This document shows positions 18,414-26,912 of a DNA stretch of 64,000 nucleotides, in pieces (position 1 is the first letter of the stretch; the number at the start of each line of letters is the position of its first letter). Source of the stretch: Alphaproteobacteria bacterium (lineage in GTDB: Bacteria; Pseudomonadota; Alphaproteobacteria; UBA7887); the NCBI GenBank assembly GCA_965216755.1, contig CBDCGL010000011.1:1440001-1504000 (forward strand), written 5' to 3'. Under the pieces are notes generated by a model. The model was not told the DNA's origin, ran no database searches, and saw only the letters and a program-made list of their open reading frames with translations. A program made the translations under genes and the position numbers.

Positions 18414-19196
18414 ATGGAACTCGGACTGACTGGCAAAACTGCGTTGATCACCGGTGGATCAAAGGGCATTGGCCGCGCTATCGCCGATCGACTCGCAGAC
18501 GAGGGCTGTCACCTGCGCCTTGTGGCGCGTACAAAGCAGGACCTGGAGACGGCAAAAGCCGAGATTTCAGCGCGTTGTGATGTCAATGTGACGGTTCATC
18601 CGATCGATTTGAGCGATGGCGAGACGGCCCGGGGTTTGGCCAAGAATTGCTCTGACGTCGATATTCTGGTGAACAATGCCGGCGCCATACCAGGCGGTTC
18701 GCTATCTGATGTTGTCGAGCCACAATGGCGCGAGGCCTGGGATCTCAAAGTCTTTGGATATATCAATCTGTGCCGCGCATATTTCGAGAGTATGACCAAA
18801 CGTGGACATGGCGTCATCGTAAACATCATCGGCATGGCCGGCGAACGCCCTGACTTCAGCTATATCGCCGGGACGACGGGAAATGCGGGCCTTATGGCGT
18901 TCACGCGCGCTTTGGGCAGCCGCAGCATTGACAACGGCGTCCGTGTCGTTGGCGTCAATCCTGGATTGGTCGAAACAGAACGTATGGTCAAATTGCTGAA
19001 AAAGCGCGCTCAGGAGAATTTCGGCGATGAAACTCGATGGCAATCCCTGTTGGCCCCGCTGCCGCTTGGCCGCGCGGCAAACCCAGAGGAAGTCGCGGAC
19101 CTGGCCGTTTTTCTAGCCTCCGCCCGAGCCAGCTATATTACCGGCACGATATTCGAGATCGACGGTGGTGCCAGCGTACGCGGCGGCGTGTTTTAG
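18414..19196 (+). CDS. Short-chain dehydrogenase/reductase
   Basis: TGGSKGIG; VNNAG; NPG..ET; the catalytic YxxxK is altered to YIAGT. Confidence 0.9.
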   Translation: MELGLTGKTALITGGSKGIGRAIADRLADEGCHLRLVARTKQDLETAKAEISARCDVNVTVHPIDLSDGETARGLAKNCSDVDILVNNAGAIPGGSLSDVVEPQWREAWDLKVFGYINLCRAYFESMTKRGHGVIVNIIGMAGERPDFSYIAGTTGNAGLMAFTRALGSRSIDNGVRVVGVNPGLVETERMVKLLKKRAQENFGDETRWQSLLAPLPLGRAANPEEVADLAVFLASARASYITGTIFEIDGGASVRGGVF

Positions 19197-19202
19197 CAGC
19201 GC

Positions 19203-20375
19203 ATGAGAGCTGATCCGCTGGTCTTTCTTGTCGCGGGGGAACCATCCGGCGACGCTCTCGGCCAGCGATTGATGGCGGCGCTGCGCCAACAGACCAAGAA
19301 TCGTATTAGATTCGCTGGCGTCGGCGGCGAAAGGATGGCCGCGGAAGGTCTGGTAAGTCTGTTCCCCATGAAGGAACTCAGCCTAATGGGCTTGGCCGAA
19401 ATCTTGCCCCATGTGCCGCGATTATTGGGGCGCCTTCATCAGACCGCCGAAACCATCAGATGCGCGCCACCCGACATTGTCGTGACCATTGATTCCCCTG
19501 GGTTTTGTTTGCGATTGGCATCGCGTGTGCGTGGACTTGGTATCCCGATCTTTCACTATGTCGCACCCCAGCTCTGGGCGTGGCGGCCGGGCCGCGCGCG
19601 TAAATTGGCCAACTCGGTAGACCACCTGATGGCGCTTTTGCCTTTCGAACCCGAGTTTTTCGCGCGCGTCGGCTTGAAATGCAGTTTTGTCGGCCACCCC
19701 ATTGTCGAATCCAATGTTCGCGAAGGGAACGCCGCGCGCTTTCGGAAACGGCACAACCTGTCGATTGAGAGGCCGGTGATCGCTGTGCTACCCGGCAGTC
19801 GCAGCACAGAAGTAACTCGTCTCGTGCCGGTGTTCTGGCGCGCATTGCGGTTATTAGCCGATCGCCACCGCGACCTAACCGTCGTCATACCGGCGGCCGA
19901 ACCTGTCCGTGATCGCATCGAGAACGCCGTCAATAACTGCCCCGTCCGCGCGATTATCGTGACAGACGCGCAGGACAAAGCCGACGCCTATGCGGCGAGC
20001 GCCGCGGCACTGACCAAATCCGGAACCGTGACCTTGGAACTGGCCCTTGCTGGCGTGCCAATGGTTGTCACCTACCGCATCAACCGCTTAACCGCCATGA
20101 TTATCCGACGCCTGATCAAAGTGGAACAAGTCGCCCTGATCAATCTCATTGGCGCGCAGCCAATCGTCCCCGAGTTGCTGCAAGAACATTGCACACCCGG
20201 CGCACTTGCCGACGCAATCGATGTATTGTTAACGGACCCAGACGCAGCGGCACGCCAAAGGGCGGGTTTTCGCGACGTGCTGCGGCGTTTGGGAGACGCC
20301 CCGCCGCCGCCAAGCACGCGCGCCGCCGACCTGATATTGGCCGCCATCGCCGAACGAAGCGCGGCGAAACCGTAA
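19203..20375 (+). CDS. lpxB: Lipid-A-disaccharide synthase
   Basis: AGEPSGD.LG; IDSPGF; YVAPQLWAWRPGR; LPFE; FVGHP; LPGSR; KSGTVTLELA; PELLQ. Confidence 0.95.
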   Translation: MRADPLVFLVAGEPSGDALGQRLMAALRQQTKNRIRFAGVGGERMAAEGLVSLFPMKELSLMGLAEILPHVPRLLGRLHQTAETIRCAPPDIVVTIDSPGFCLRLASRVRGLGIPIFHYVAPQLWAWRPGRARKLANSVDHLMALLPFEPEFFARVGLKCSFVGHPIVESNVREGNAARFRKRHNLSIERPVIAVLPGSRSTEVTRLVPVFWRALRLLADRHRDLTVVIPAAEPVRDRIENAVNNCPVRAIIVTDAQDKADAYAASAAALTKSGTVTLELALAGVPMVVTYRINRLTAMIIRRLIKVEQVALINLIGAQPIVPELLQEHCTPGALADAIDVLLTDPDAAARQRAGFRDVLRRLGDAPPPPSTRAADLILAAIAERSAAKP

Positions 20376-20376
20376 T

Positions 20377-21060
20377 TCACCTATTCATGTTTCGACACAG
20401 CAGGAAAATCGACCGACAACCGGCGGTAAAATCCTGCCGACGAACATCATATCCAGCCTCTGTGACGAGGTTACGCAAGCGCGGCACCGTAAAGCCACGA
20501 TAGCCGATTTCCCACTTATGCGGCTCCCAACCGTCGGCAGCCGGCGCTGGAAATTCGGTCAGAAAGCGGAACTTCTTCAGCGCGCTCCGTTTACGCCAAA
20601 CGTACCGATTGAGATACGTCGAGAAACTGACCTGAAAACCTTCGTAGGGCACCGAAATTAGCAGCCATGGGACTTCGGACGCGGAGAATCGGGCCAACAC
20701 ATCACCAACCTGCGACCAGGGGATGTGTTCCAGCGTCTCGCAGCAGACGATTACGTCGTGCCCCATTAACCGCTCTGGTGTCACATTCCGGACATCACCT
20801 TGAATGTGACGAGTCACGCCGGGCACCCGCGGTTCCGGCGCCACATCGAGCGTTGTTACCCGATATCCGGCGTTGATCATCATGGCGCTGACCAACCCAA
20901 GATAGGGCCCAACCTCCAGCACCTTCTCTATGTCCAGCTCCTTCAGCATATGGACTTGCTGCCACTGGTGCACAACACGCTTTTCGGAGTAGTAGGCGTA
21001 CCATCGGGATCTGTGCTCGGCCGACATGGCGGAGTTCACCGATCGCGCCGACGCGGTCAC
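20377..21060 (-). CDS. Class I SAM-dependent methyltransferase
   Basis: VLEVGPYLG, TLDV, ETLEHIP, ISVP and HKWEIG; GTGA overlap with the upstream oxidoreductase (alternative start 21027). Confidence 0.8.
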   Translation of the reverse strand: MTASARSVNSAMSAEHRSRWYAYYSEKRVVHQWQQVHMLKELDIEKVLEVGPYLGLVSAMMINAGYRVTTLDVAPEPRVPGVTRHIQGDVRNVTPERLMGHDVIVCCETLEHIPWSQVGDVLARFSASEVPWLLISVPYEGFQVSFSTYLNRYVWRKRSALKKFRFLTEFPAPAADGWEPHKWEIGYRGFTVPRLRNLVTEAGYDVRRQDFTAGCRSIFLLCRNMNR

Positions 21061-22037
21061 CGCAACGATTCCCCTGCGGCGGCAATCAACGCAGCATGTG
21101 CTCGCAGACTCTCTGTCACGCGAACCGCGGCGTCTAAGGCACGGACGCCGTCGTGGCCGCTGACCAGCGGTGGCGTGCCCTCCACAATAGACTGCAAGAA
21201 AGCACCGATGGATTGGCGTAAAGGATCGGCGTCGGCAAAGCTCTCCGTCGTGGTCACGACCTTCGGCATGGCCTCGACCGGACGCGGCCCGGCAAGCGCC
21301 ACCTTACGTATGCTGTGCGCGTCGAAATCCACCGTCAGGTAGCAATCGCGCTGAAAAACGCGCATACGCCGTTCGGTCTTCAGACTGATGCGGCTGGCGG
21401 TAATATTCGCTATACATCCATTAGTGAACTTCAATCTCGCATTCGCAATATCCTCACTGGCAGATACCACGGGCGCGCCGGCCGCGTCGACCGACTCCAG
21501 GGGTGATTCGACGAATGCCATGATCAAGTCCAGATCGTGGATCATCAAATCCAAAACGACATTGATGTCCATGCTGCGCGGTTTAAACGGCGCAATGCGG
21601 ATCGATTCAACGTAAAGTGGCCGCACCAAATGCTGTCGCAACGCTTGCGCGGCACCCGAAAATCGGACCAGATGGCCGACCTGCAACACACGCCGTTGGT
21701 CACGAGCCAGCGACACTAAATCTTCGGCTTCCGCAACCGTATGTGCGATTGGCTTTTCAACCAGCACATGGGCGCCGGATTCAAGAAAATCCTTGGCGAC
21801 CGTATGATGTTGAAGCGTCGGGACCGCGATAATTGCGGCATCGACCTGGGACAGCAGCTCGCGATAGTCAGCGACTGCCCGACACCCAAACTCCTGGCCG
21901 GCAGCAGCCCGCACCGCCGGATCGATATCAGCGATCGCGACCAGCTCAGCGGAATCAAGCGCGCTCAACTTCTGTACGTGGTAGCGACCAAAATGGCCGA
22001 CACCGACAACCACGACACGCACCTTAGAACCAGACAT
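21057..22037 (-). CDS. Gfo/Idh/MocA oxidoreductase, GnnA-like (UDP-GlcNAc 3-dehydrogenase subfamily)
   Basis: GVGHFG; EKP; VGH..RF; LDLMIHDLD; DIANARLKF.NGC.ANITASRIS.K.ERRMRVFQ. Confidence 0.85.
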   Translation of the reverse strand: MSGSKVRVVVVGVGHFGRYHVQKLSALDSAELVAIADIDPAVRAAAGQEFGCRAVADYRELLSQVDAAIIAVPTLQHHTVAKDFLESGAHVLVEKPIAHTVAEAEDLVSLARDQRRVLQVGHLVRFSGAAQALRQHLVRPLYVESIRIAPFKPRSMDINVVLDLMIHDLDLIMAFVESPLESVDAAGAPVVSASEDIANARLKFTNGCIANITASRISLKTERRMRVFQRDCYLTVDFDAHSIRKVALAGPRPVEAMPKVVTTTESFADADPLRQSIGAFLQSIVEGTPPLVSGHDGVRALDAAVRVTESLRAHAALIAAAGESLR

Positions 22038-22130
22038 TGACACACGTTCGGAAGCCTGCACCGAGGCTCCGTCCCATAGCGGCGAACGCGCCTCTATACC
22101 ACGTTCGCCGGCCCGCTGCCGATTCGCTGG

Positions 22131-22697
22131 CTACATCTCGATACGCACCACATTGTAGAAGCTGTCCGATCGCACGTCAGCCGTGGTCGTCAGATAGATC
22201 TGCACGCGTCCGCTCTTGTAGAATTTGGCAAATCCCGGCGGGTTTTGACGCAATGTCGAACCGCGCCATCGGCCACCGCCGCTGACCGAGGTCAGCAGGC
22301 ACCGATCGACCCTGTGTCCCAGATCTAGGATCTCTTGCTTAAAACGCGCCTCTGCCTGCCACCCGCCGGCGCGCCCCCGACATTCATAGGCCGCACCAAT
22401 GACTTCCGTGACCCGACATTGATTAGTGCCCGGCAAGTCAACGATGCCGCGCCAGGATTGGCGATCGAGTTGCGGTCCTTTGAGGCCCGCGAAATCCTCA
22501 AATGCGTGAAAGACGATTTCCTTAAGCGCCGCGCAGAAATCGTCGTACGACCGCGCGATCGCGCGCTCCTCAATGCCCGGTACGACGGCCGCTACCGCGG
22601 TGCGGTCTTCTTGTGCGGCGGCCGGCACCAGCAAGATCGTTCCAAAATAGGCCGCTGCGGATAAGCGAACACCTATCCATCTCAAGTTGCACAACAT
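22131..22697 (-). CDS. Hypothetical secreted protein
   Basis: Signal-peptide-like N-terminus ending AAAQE; four Cys in the mature part; GGAGG upstream. Confidence 0.6.
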   Translation of the reverse strand: MLCNLRWIGVRLSAAAYFGTILLVPAAAQEDRTAVAAVVPGIEERAIARSYDDFCAALKEIVFHAFEDFAGLKGPQLDRQSWRGIVDLPGTNQCRVTEVIGAAYECRGRAGGWQAEARFKQEILDLGHRVDRCLLTSVSGGGRWRGSTLRQNPPGFAKFYKSGRVQIYLTTTADVRSDSFYNVVRIEM

Positions 22698-23030
22698 AGG
22701 GCCCCACCCTCCCTTGGTGTCACTCTCGGTCGGCTATCGGCTCTGCTGACCGCGTGGTTCGGTTTCTCTTGTCCCGTTCTGCCACCGCCGCGCCGACCGG
22801 CCTGCCATCCATCGATCGGCTTTGCTGGCGACAAGCAGTCACCTCGAACCTTTAGCCAATAGTGATGATAGCCACGATCCGGCGTTTGACCTGTGTCTTT
22901 CTTGGAACAATTGCCGCAGTAGCGGGTGAAACGCGGGATCTGGTCGCCTGTGCGAATATGCTAAAACTTCTGAAAATTGCCGCTTAATTTTTTGAAACGA
23001 ATAACTTATTTTCTCTCAAAAGATGCACAG

Positions 23031-24554
23031 CTAATGGGCGGCCAAAGGCAATTCTATGCGAATGGCAAATCCACCCTCGTGACGATTGTGCGCACTGACT
23101 CGGCCACCCAACGCTTCGATGTTGCGGCGGACAACCCACAACCCAATACCATAATGTGCGTGCGCCTCAGGTGTCGTGCCGTCATGGCCATTGCCCGCAC
23201 CGCTGCCGTTGGCGTTCTTTTTTCGATACGAAAAGTAACGTTCGAACACTTTCTCGGCCATGTCGCTCGGCATGCCCGGACCGTCGTCTGTCACCGCGAT
23301 GCGGACCACGCCTTTCGTTTTCACAGCTGAGATCTGAACCAATCCACCATGCGGTGAAAATCCAATGGCATTGTCCAGAATGTTCTCGATCACCGTCTCC
23401 AACAACTCGGTCCCGCCGCGCACATAGACCCCTTCTTGAACACGCGCCGCGACCAATACATCGTTGACAATCGCCGCGCCCTTGTACTCGTCTGCCAACT
23501 CGTCGAGCAGCTCAGAAAGGTTTATGAGATCGCGCGGCGGATTGATCAAGTCGGCTGTCGATTCTTCCAGACGCCGGGCCGCGGATACCAACGTATCAAG
23601 GCGGTCGACCGATGATTCGAGATTCTCGAGCGCCCGACGGCTGCGCGCGTCGCCCCCCCTGACGGATCGCTTGAGGGGCTCCAGCGACTGCCGAATAATC
23701 GACAGCGGTGTCTTAAAGGCATGGGCATTCTCTTCGGCGGCATCGCGAATGGATTGCGCCGAATGACGCAACGTGCCAACCAGACGGTCAAACTCCTCGG
23801 CCACACTGCCGAGTTCGGGCATGCTGTTCAAGGATGCGAACGACGGCGCGTCGCTTGCTTTGATGCGGATCTCACGGGCGGCCTTCGTGAATCTCCCAAG
23901 GCCGCGCCAGATGCCTGCAAACAAAGTCAAAATCAAGACGGCCATGAGCACATAGACGGCGGCAGCGGCTTGAATTTCGCCGCTCTGCCAATAGGGCTTG
24001 GTGATCGACGAACCGAGCAGATCACCGACGGAACGCGACGTGATCACCACCCAACATCCCGAACCGGCGGTTATCGGTGTGATCGATGTTAGGATCTCAG
24101 CCTCGCCAGCCGGGTTGATGTATCGGATGGCAAGGCTTTTCTTGCCATCGCATGTGTCGCGCATTTTTTCCAACACGCCGGTGTTGATGAGTTCAGCGCG
24201 TTCCTTGTCGATATAGTCCGTGGGCACGCTCGGCGACGTCGCGACATAGTAAAAACTGTCAGAGCCACTTTCGCCTTTTGGACGAAACAGCAGCTTGATT
24301 CTGAGGTCTTCCATGTTCAGGCGCGAAAGCGCCGTATTCACTTCGGGAATTGCTTGCCCGCTAGTGTCAGCTTCAATGATGGGATACAGCGTGCGCGCCA
24401 CCAGCGCACCTTGCTCCTCGACAAGCTTGAGCAATAGGCTGCGGCGCTCATCGTCACCGGCTTTGAATTGCCAATAAAGAAACAATGGTACCGCAAAAAA
24501 AATGGCGACGATGATCGCCAATTTCGCGGCCATCGAATTGAAGAAAGCCGGCAT
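23031..24554 (-). CDS. Membrane sensor histidine kinase (ChvG-like architecture)
   Basis: Two TM helices around a periplasmic domain; HAMP-like linker; H-box ENAHAFKTPL; N-box ENILDNA; DDGPG; FERYFS; GIGL. Start approximate. Confidence 0.9.
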   Translation of the reverse strand: MPAFFNSMAAKLAIIVAIFFAVPLFLYWQFKAGDDERRSLLLKLVEEQGALVARTLYPIIEADTSGQAIPEVNTALSRLNMEDLRIKLLFRPKGESGSDSFYYVATSPSVPTDYIDKERAELINTGVLEKMRDTCDGKKSLAIRYINPAGEAEILTSITPITAGSGCWVVITSRSVGDLLGSSITKPYWQSGEIQAAAAVYVLMAVLILTLFAGIWRGLGRFTKAAREIRIKASDAPSFASLNSMPELGSVAEEFDRLVGTLRHSAQSIRDAAEENAHAFKTPLSIIRQSLEPLKRSVRGGDARSRRALENLESSVDRLDTLVSAARRLEESTADLINPPRDLINLSELLDELADEYKGAAIVNDVLVAARVQEGVYVRGGTELLETVIENILDNAIGFSPHGGLVQISAVKTKGVVRIAVTDDGPGMPSDMAEKVFERYFSYRKKNANGSGAGNGHDGTTPEAHAHYGIGLWVVRRNIEALGGRVSAHNRHEGGFAIRIELPLAAH

Positions 24555-24693
24555 CACCAACCGGTCTACCTTCGCCCAAGAGGCCGTAAACGGCGTGTCG
24601 AACAAGGCGAACCCACGCCGTCACTGCACCCCTGCACACTCATCACCAGGCGCCTCACAACGCGGCGCCCGCAGCACAACAGCACCAAAAGCT

Positions 24694-25470
24694 CTAGTCA
24701 GCCCCCACGCCACTGGGGCGCCAGCGGTAACCGAACCCCGGATAATTCTCGATCCGGTCAAAACTATCGTCGATCTCGCGGAATTTCTGTCGGATGCGCT
24801 TGATAAATGCCCGCACGTTCGCCCGATAACCGTCGGCGCCGGAACCCGATATGAACCCCTCACCATGGACAATGTCGTACAGGTCCCGATAGCGGATATC
24901 GCGGCCGGCCCGCGCGCTCATGAAATGAACGATCTTGAACTCGGTAAAACTGAGCTCTACTTGGGCCCCCTTCCACAAAGCACGACTGGTATCCAGATCA
25001 AGTGACAACTCATCTAGTTCCAGATGTTGCCCTGACTCGACATTGTCGTTGGCGTCTTCGCGCGACCGCCCTTTCGAACCGGCCAAGATCAAATCGATTC
25101 GCTTCAGAAGAATCGCAAAGCTCCGCGATTTCTCCACGAAATCGACGGCGCCGCCTTGCAGCGCCGCTTCCTCAAAAATCTGATCGCTGAGGACAGTCAA
25201 AAAGATCACAGGAACTTGGAGGCCGGATTCGCGCATCTCGCGAAGGACCTCGATACCGTTCATTTCGGGCATCTTCCAATCGAGCAGCACCAAATCGACG
25301 TCAGGTGAACCGCCTAAATATTGCAACGCTGTGCGCCCATCCGCGAAATTTTCGACGCAGAAATCGGCATCGACCAAGTTCTGGCCCAAGGATTCACGGA
25401 ACAACGGGTCATCATCAACGACAACAACCTTTTGTAGGGGCGTTAGTGTTTTACTGGCTTGAAGCTCCAT
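24694..25470 (-). CDS. OmpR-family response regulator, ChvI-like paralogue
   Basis: VVDDD; LLDWKMP; FLT; VEKS; winged helix ending IKRIRQKFREIDDSFDRIENYPGFGYRW. Confidence 0.9.
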   Translation of the reverse strand: MELQASKTLTPLQKVVVVDDDPLFRESLGQNLVDADFCVENFADGRTALQYLGGSPDVDLVLLDWKMPEMNGIEVLREMRESGLQVPVIFLTVLSDQIFEEAALQGGAVDFVEKSRSFAILLKRIDLILAGSKGRSREDANDNVESGQHLELDELSLDLDTSRALWKGAQVELSFTEFKIVHFMSARAGRDIRYRDLYDIVHGEGFISGSGADGYRANVRAFIKRIRQKFREIDDSFDRIENYPGFGYRWRPSGVGAD

Positions 25471-25999
25471 ATTCTGCCTGTATCTGGGACAAACACGCCA
25501 ATCTTGCCTGTTCGGAACTGTCCGTCACGGTTACGTCATAGGCCAAGGCGTGAAAACTGTCGCTCCCGATATCAAGATAGAAAAAAACATCGAGAGTGCA
25601 AAACTTTGAATCGTAAATCCAAACTTTTGCTGGCGGTTCTTCACGCACACTTGGCGGAATTCCGAGCAGGGCGACGGTTTGGTCTGGTTCCAGCCCGATG
25701 AGTTGATCCGGATCGAAAATCCCTGCATCGCTGTTCAAAGCCACCGGCTTCTCCAACGGATGTGGAAAATTAACCTCGGTCTCCTGTGGTTGCTCCTCAA
25801 CTGTTTCCGAGACGCTCGGAACCGGCCACTTCGGCGCTTGTGGCAACTCCGCCGTCGGCGTCATGGCTCGAACGTCCCGCTCGGCGGTATCGATTGTTGC
25901 GCCATCATCAAGCTTTGCGGTCTCCGGCGCCAGGCCGGGCGTACATGCCACGGCCGCCAGAGGCGAAGCATAGACGACAAGTCGCGCGAGCTTTCGCAT
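25451..25999 (-). CDS. Hypothetical lipoprotein
   Basis: Lipobox-like LAAVAC; Pro/acidic linker; C-terminal LIGL...LG.P...REE.PA.VW.Y....C.LDVFFY domain; overlaps the regulator start. Confidence 0.7.
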   Translation of the reverse strand: MRKLARLVVYASPLAAVACTPGLAPETAKLDDGATIDTAERDVRAMTPTAELPQAPKWPVPSVSETVEEQPQETEVNFPHPLEKPVALNSDAGIFDPDQLIGLEPDQTVALLGIPPSVREEPPAKVWIYDSKFCTLDVFFYLDIGSDSFHALAYDVTVTDSSEQARLACLSQIQAEYGASSQ

Positions 26000-26317
26000 G
26001 CTCTGCGGATTTAGCACAAATTCTCGGCCTTCGAGACGCGGTAAACCAATGCCTTATCTCGTATCCACCGGAGCCCAAACCAAGTCCCATCGGACAGAAG
26101 TGTGATGACCGAACGCTTTCTACCCAGATTCATCACAGCTTGGTCACAATGCTGTCCCGGCGGTCCCACCACATGTTGAATGACGGAAGCTTTTTGCTGA
26201 CGCCAAGCAATACTCGCGAAAGATGTTTCAAGTTCTCGAAAAAATCAATCAATCATGTGGAGGGGAACAAGTCCAAGATCGCTGAAGACCCTGACAAACG
26301 ATAAAAAAAGGAATGCT

Positions 26318-26704
26318 ATGCACGACAATTCAGCGCTAATTGGACAAGCGTTTGGCGCGGGTCCAACGCGGTATCAGATCCGTTTCTCGGGGCCCGAACA
26401 AACCGGTGAAGAAACATTGCTGCTGACAGACGGGACAATTCGCGGTCTGGGCTGGTCTCGGGCACGCATAAATGGCATCTACAATGTCGACCCCAATGCC
26501 GGCGTCGTGGAACTGACCATGGCGATGACCCTGCCGCCGTTTCATTCTTCGGGATCGGAGGCAGGCAAAGGCTCGCTACGCCCACCTATCGTCATCAAGG
26601 CCGAGTTGCCCGCAGGGGCTGAGCGCCGGAGCCTGGTGGTGGACAGTCTGGACGGTCCCTACGCCATCGAACTCAAGAAATCTGGCGCCATTTCGGATCA
26701 CTAG
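26318..26704 (+). CDS. Hypothetical small beta-rich protein
   Basis: AAGGA RBS; alternating beta-strand pattern YQIRF.G...G...LL.DG.I.G. Confidence 0.55.
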   Translation: MHDNSALIGQAFGAGPTRYQIRFSGPEQTGEETLLLTDGTIRGLGWSRARINGIYNVDPNAGVVELTMAMTLPPFHSSGSEAGKGSLRPPIVIKAELPAGAERRSLVVDSLDGPYAIELKKSGAISDH

Positions 26705-26912
26705 AGCAGTCCGGGGTCAGCCGGTCCGCAGGCTCAAGCGGCGCCCTCAGCGCCGCACGAGCAAGCTAATAGTGCCCTTGGATCATGCGTGGCGATCCGA
26801 CGTCCGCTAATTTTGGACAAATAATAAAAGTACTTCCCGATAACTGAGGCCGTTGAGCAAAAGGCGGCCTGTCCTTTTTTTGCGAACTTCGCGGCGCCCG
26901 CCACAGGCGCCA

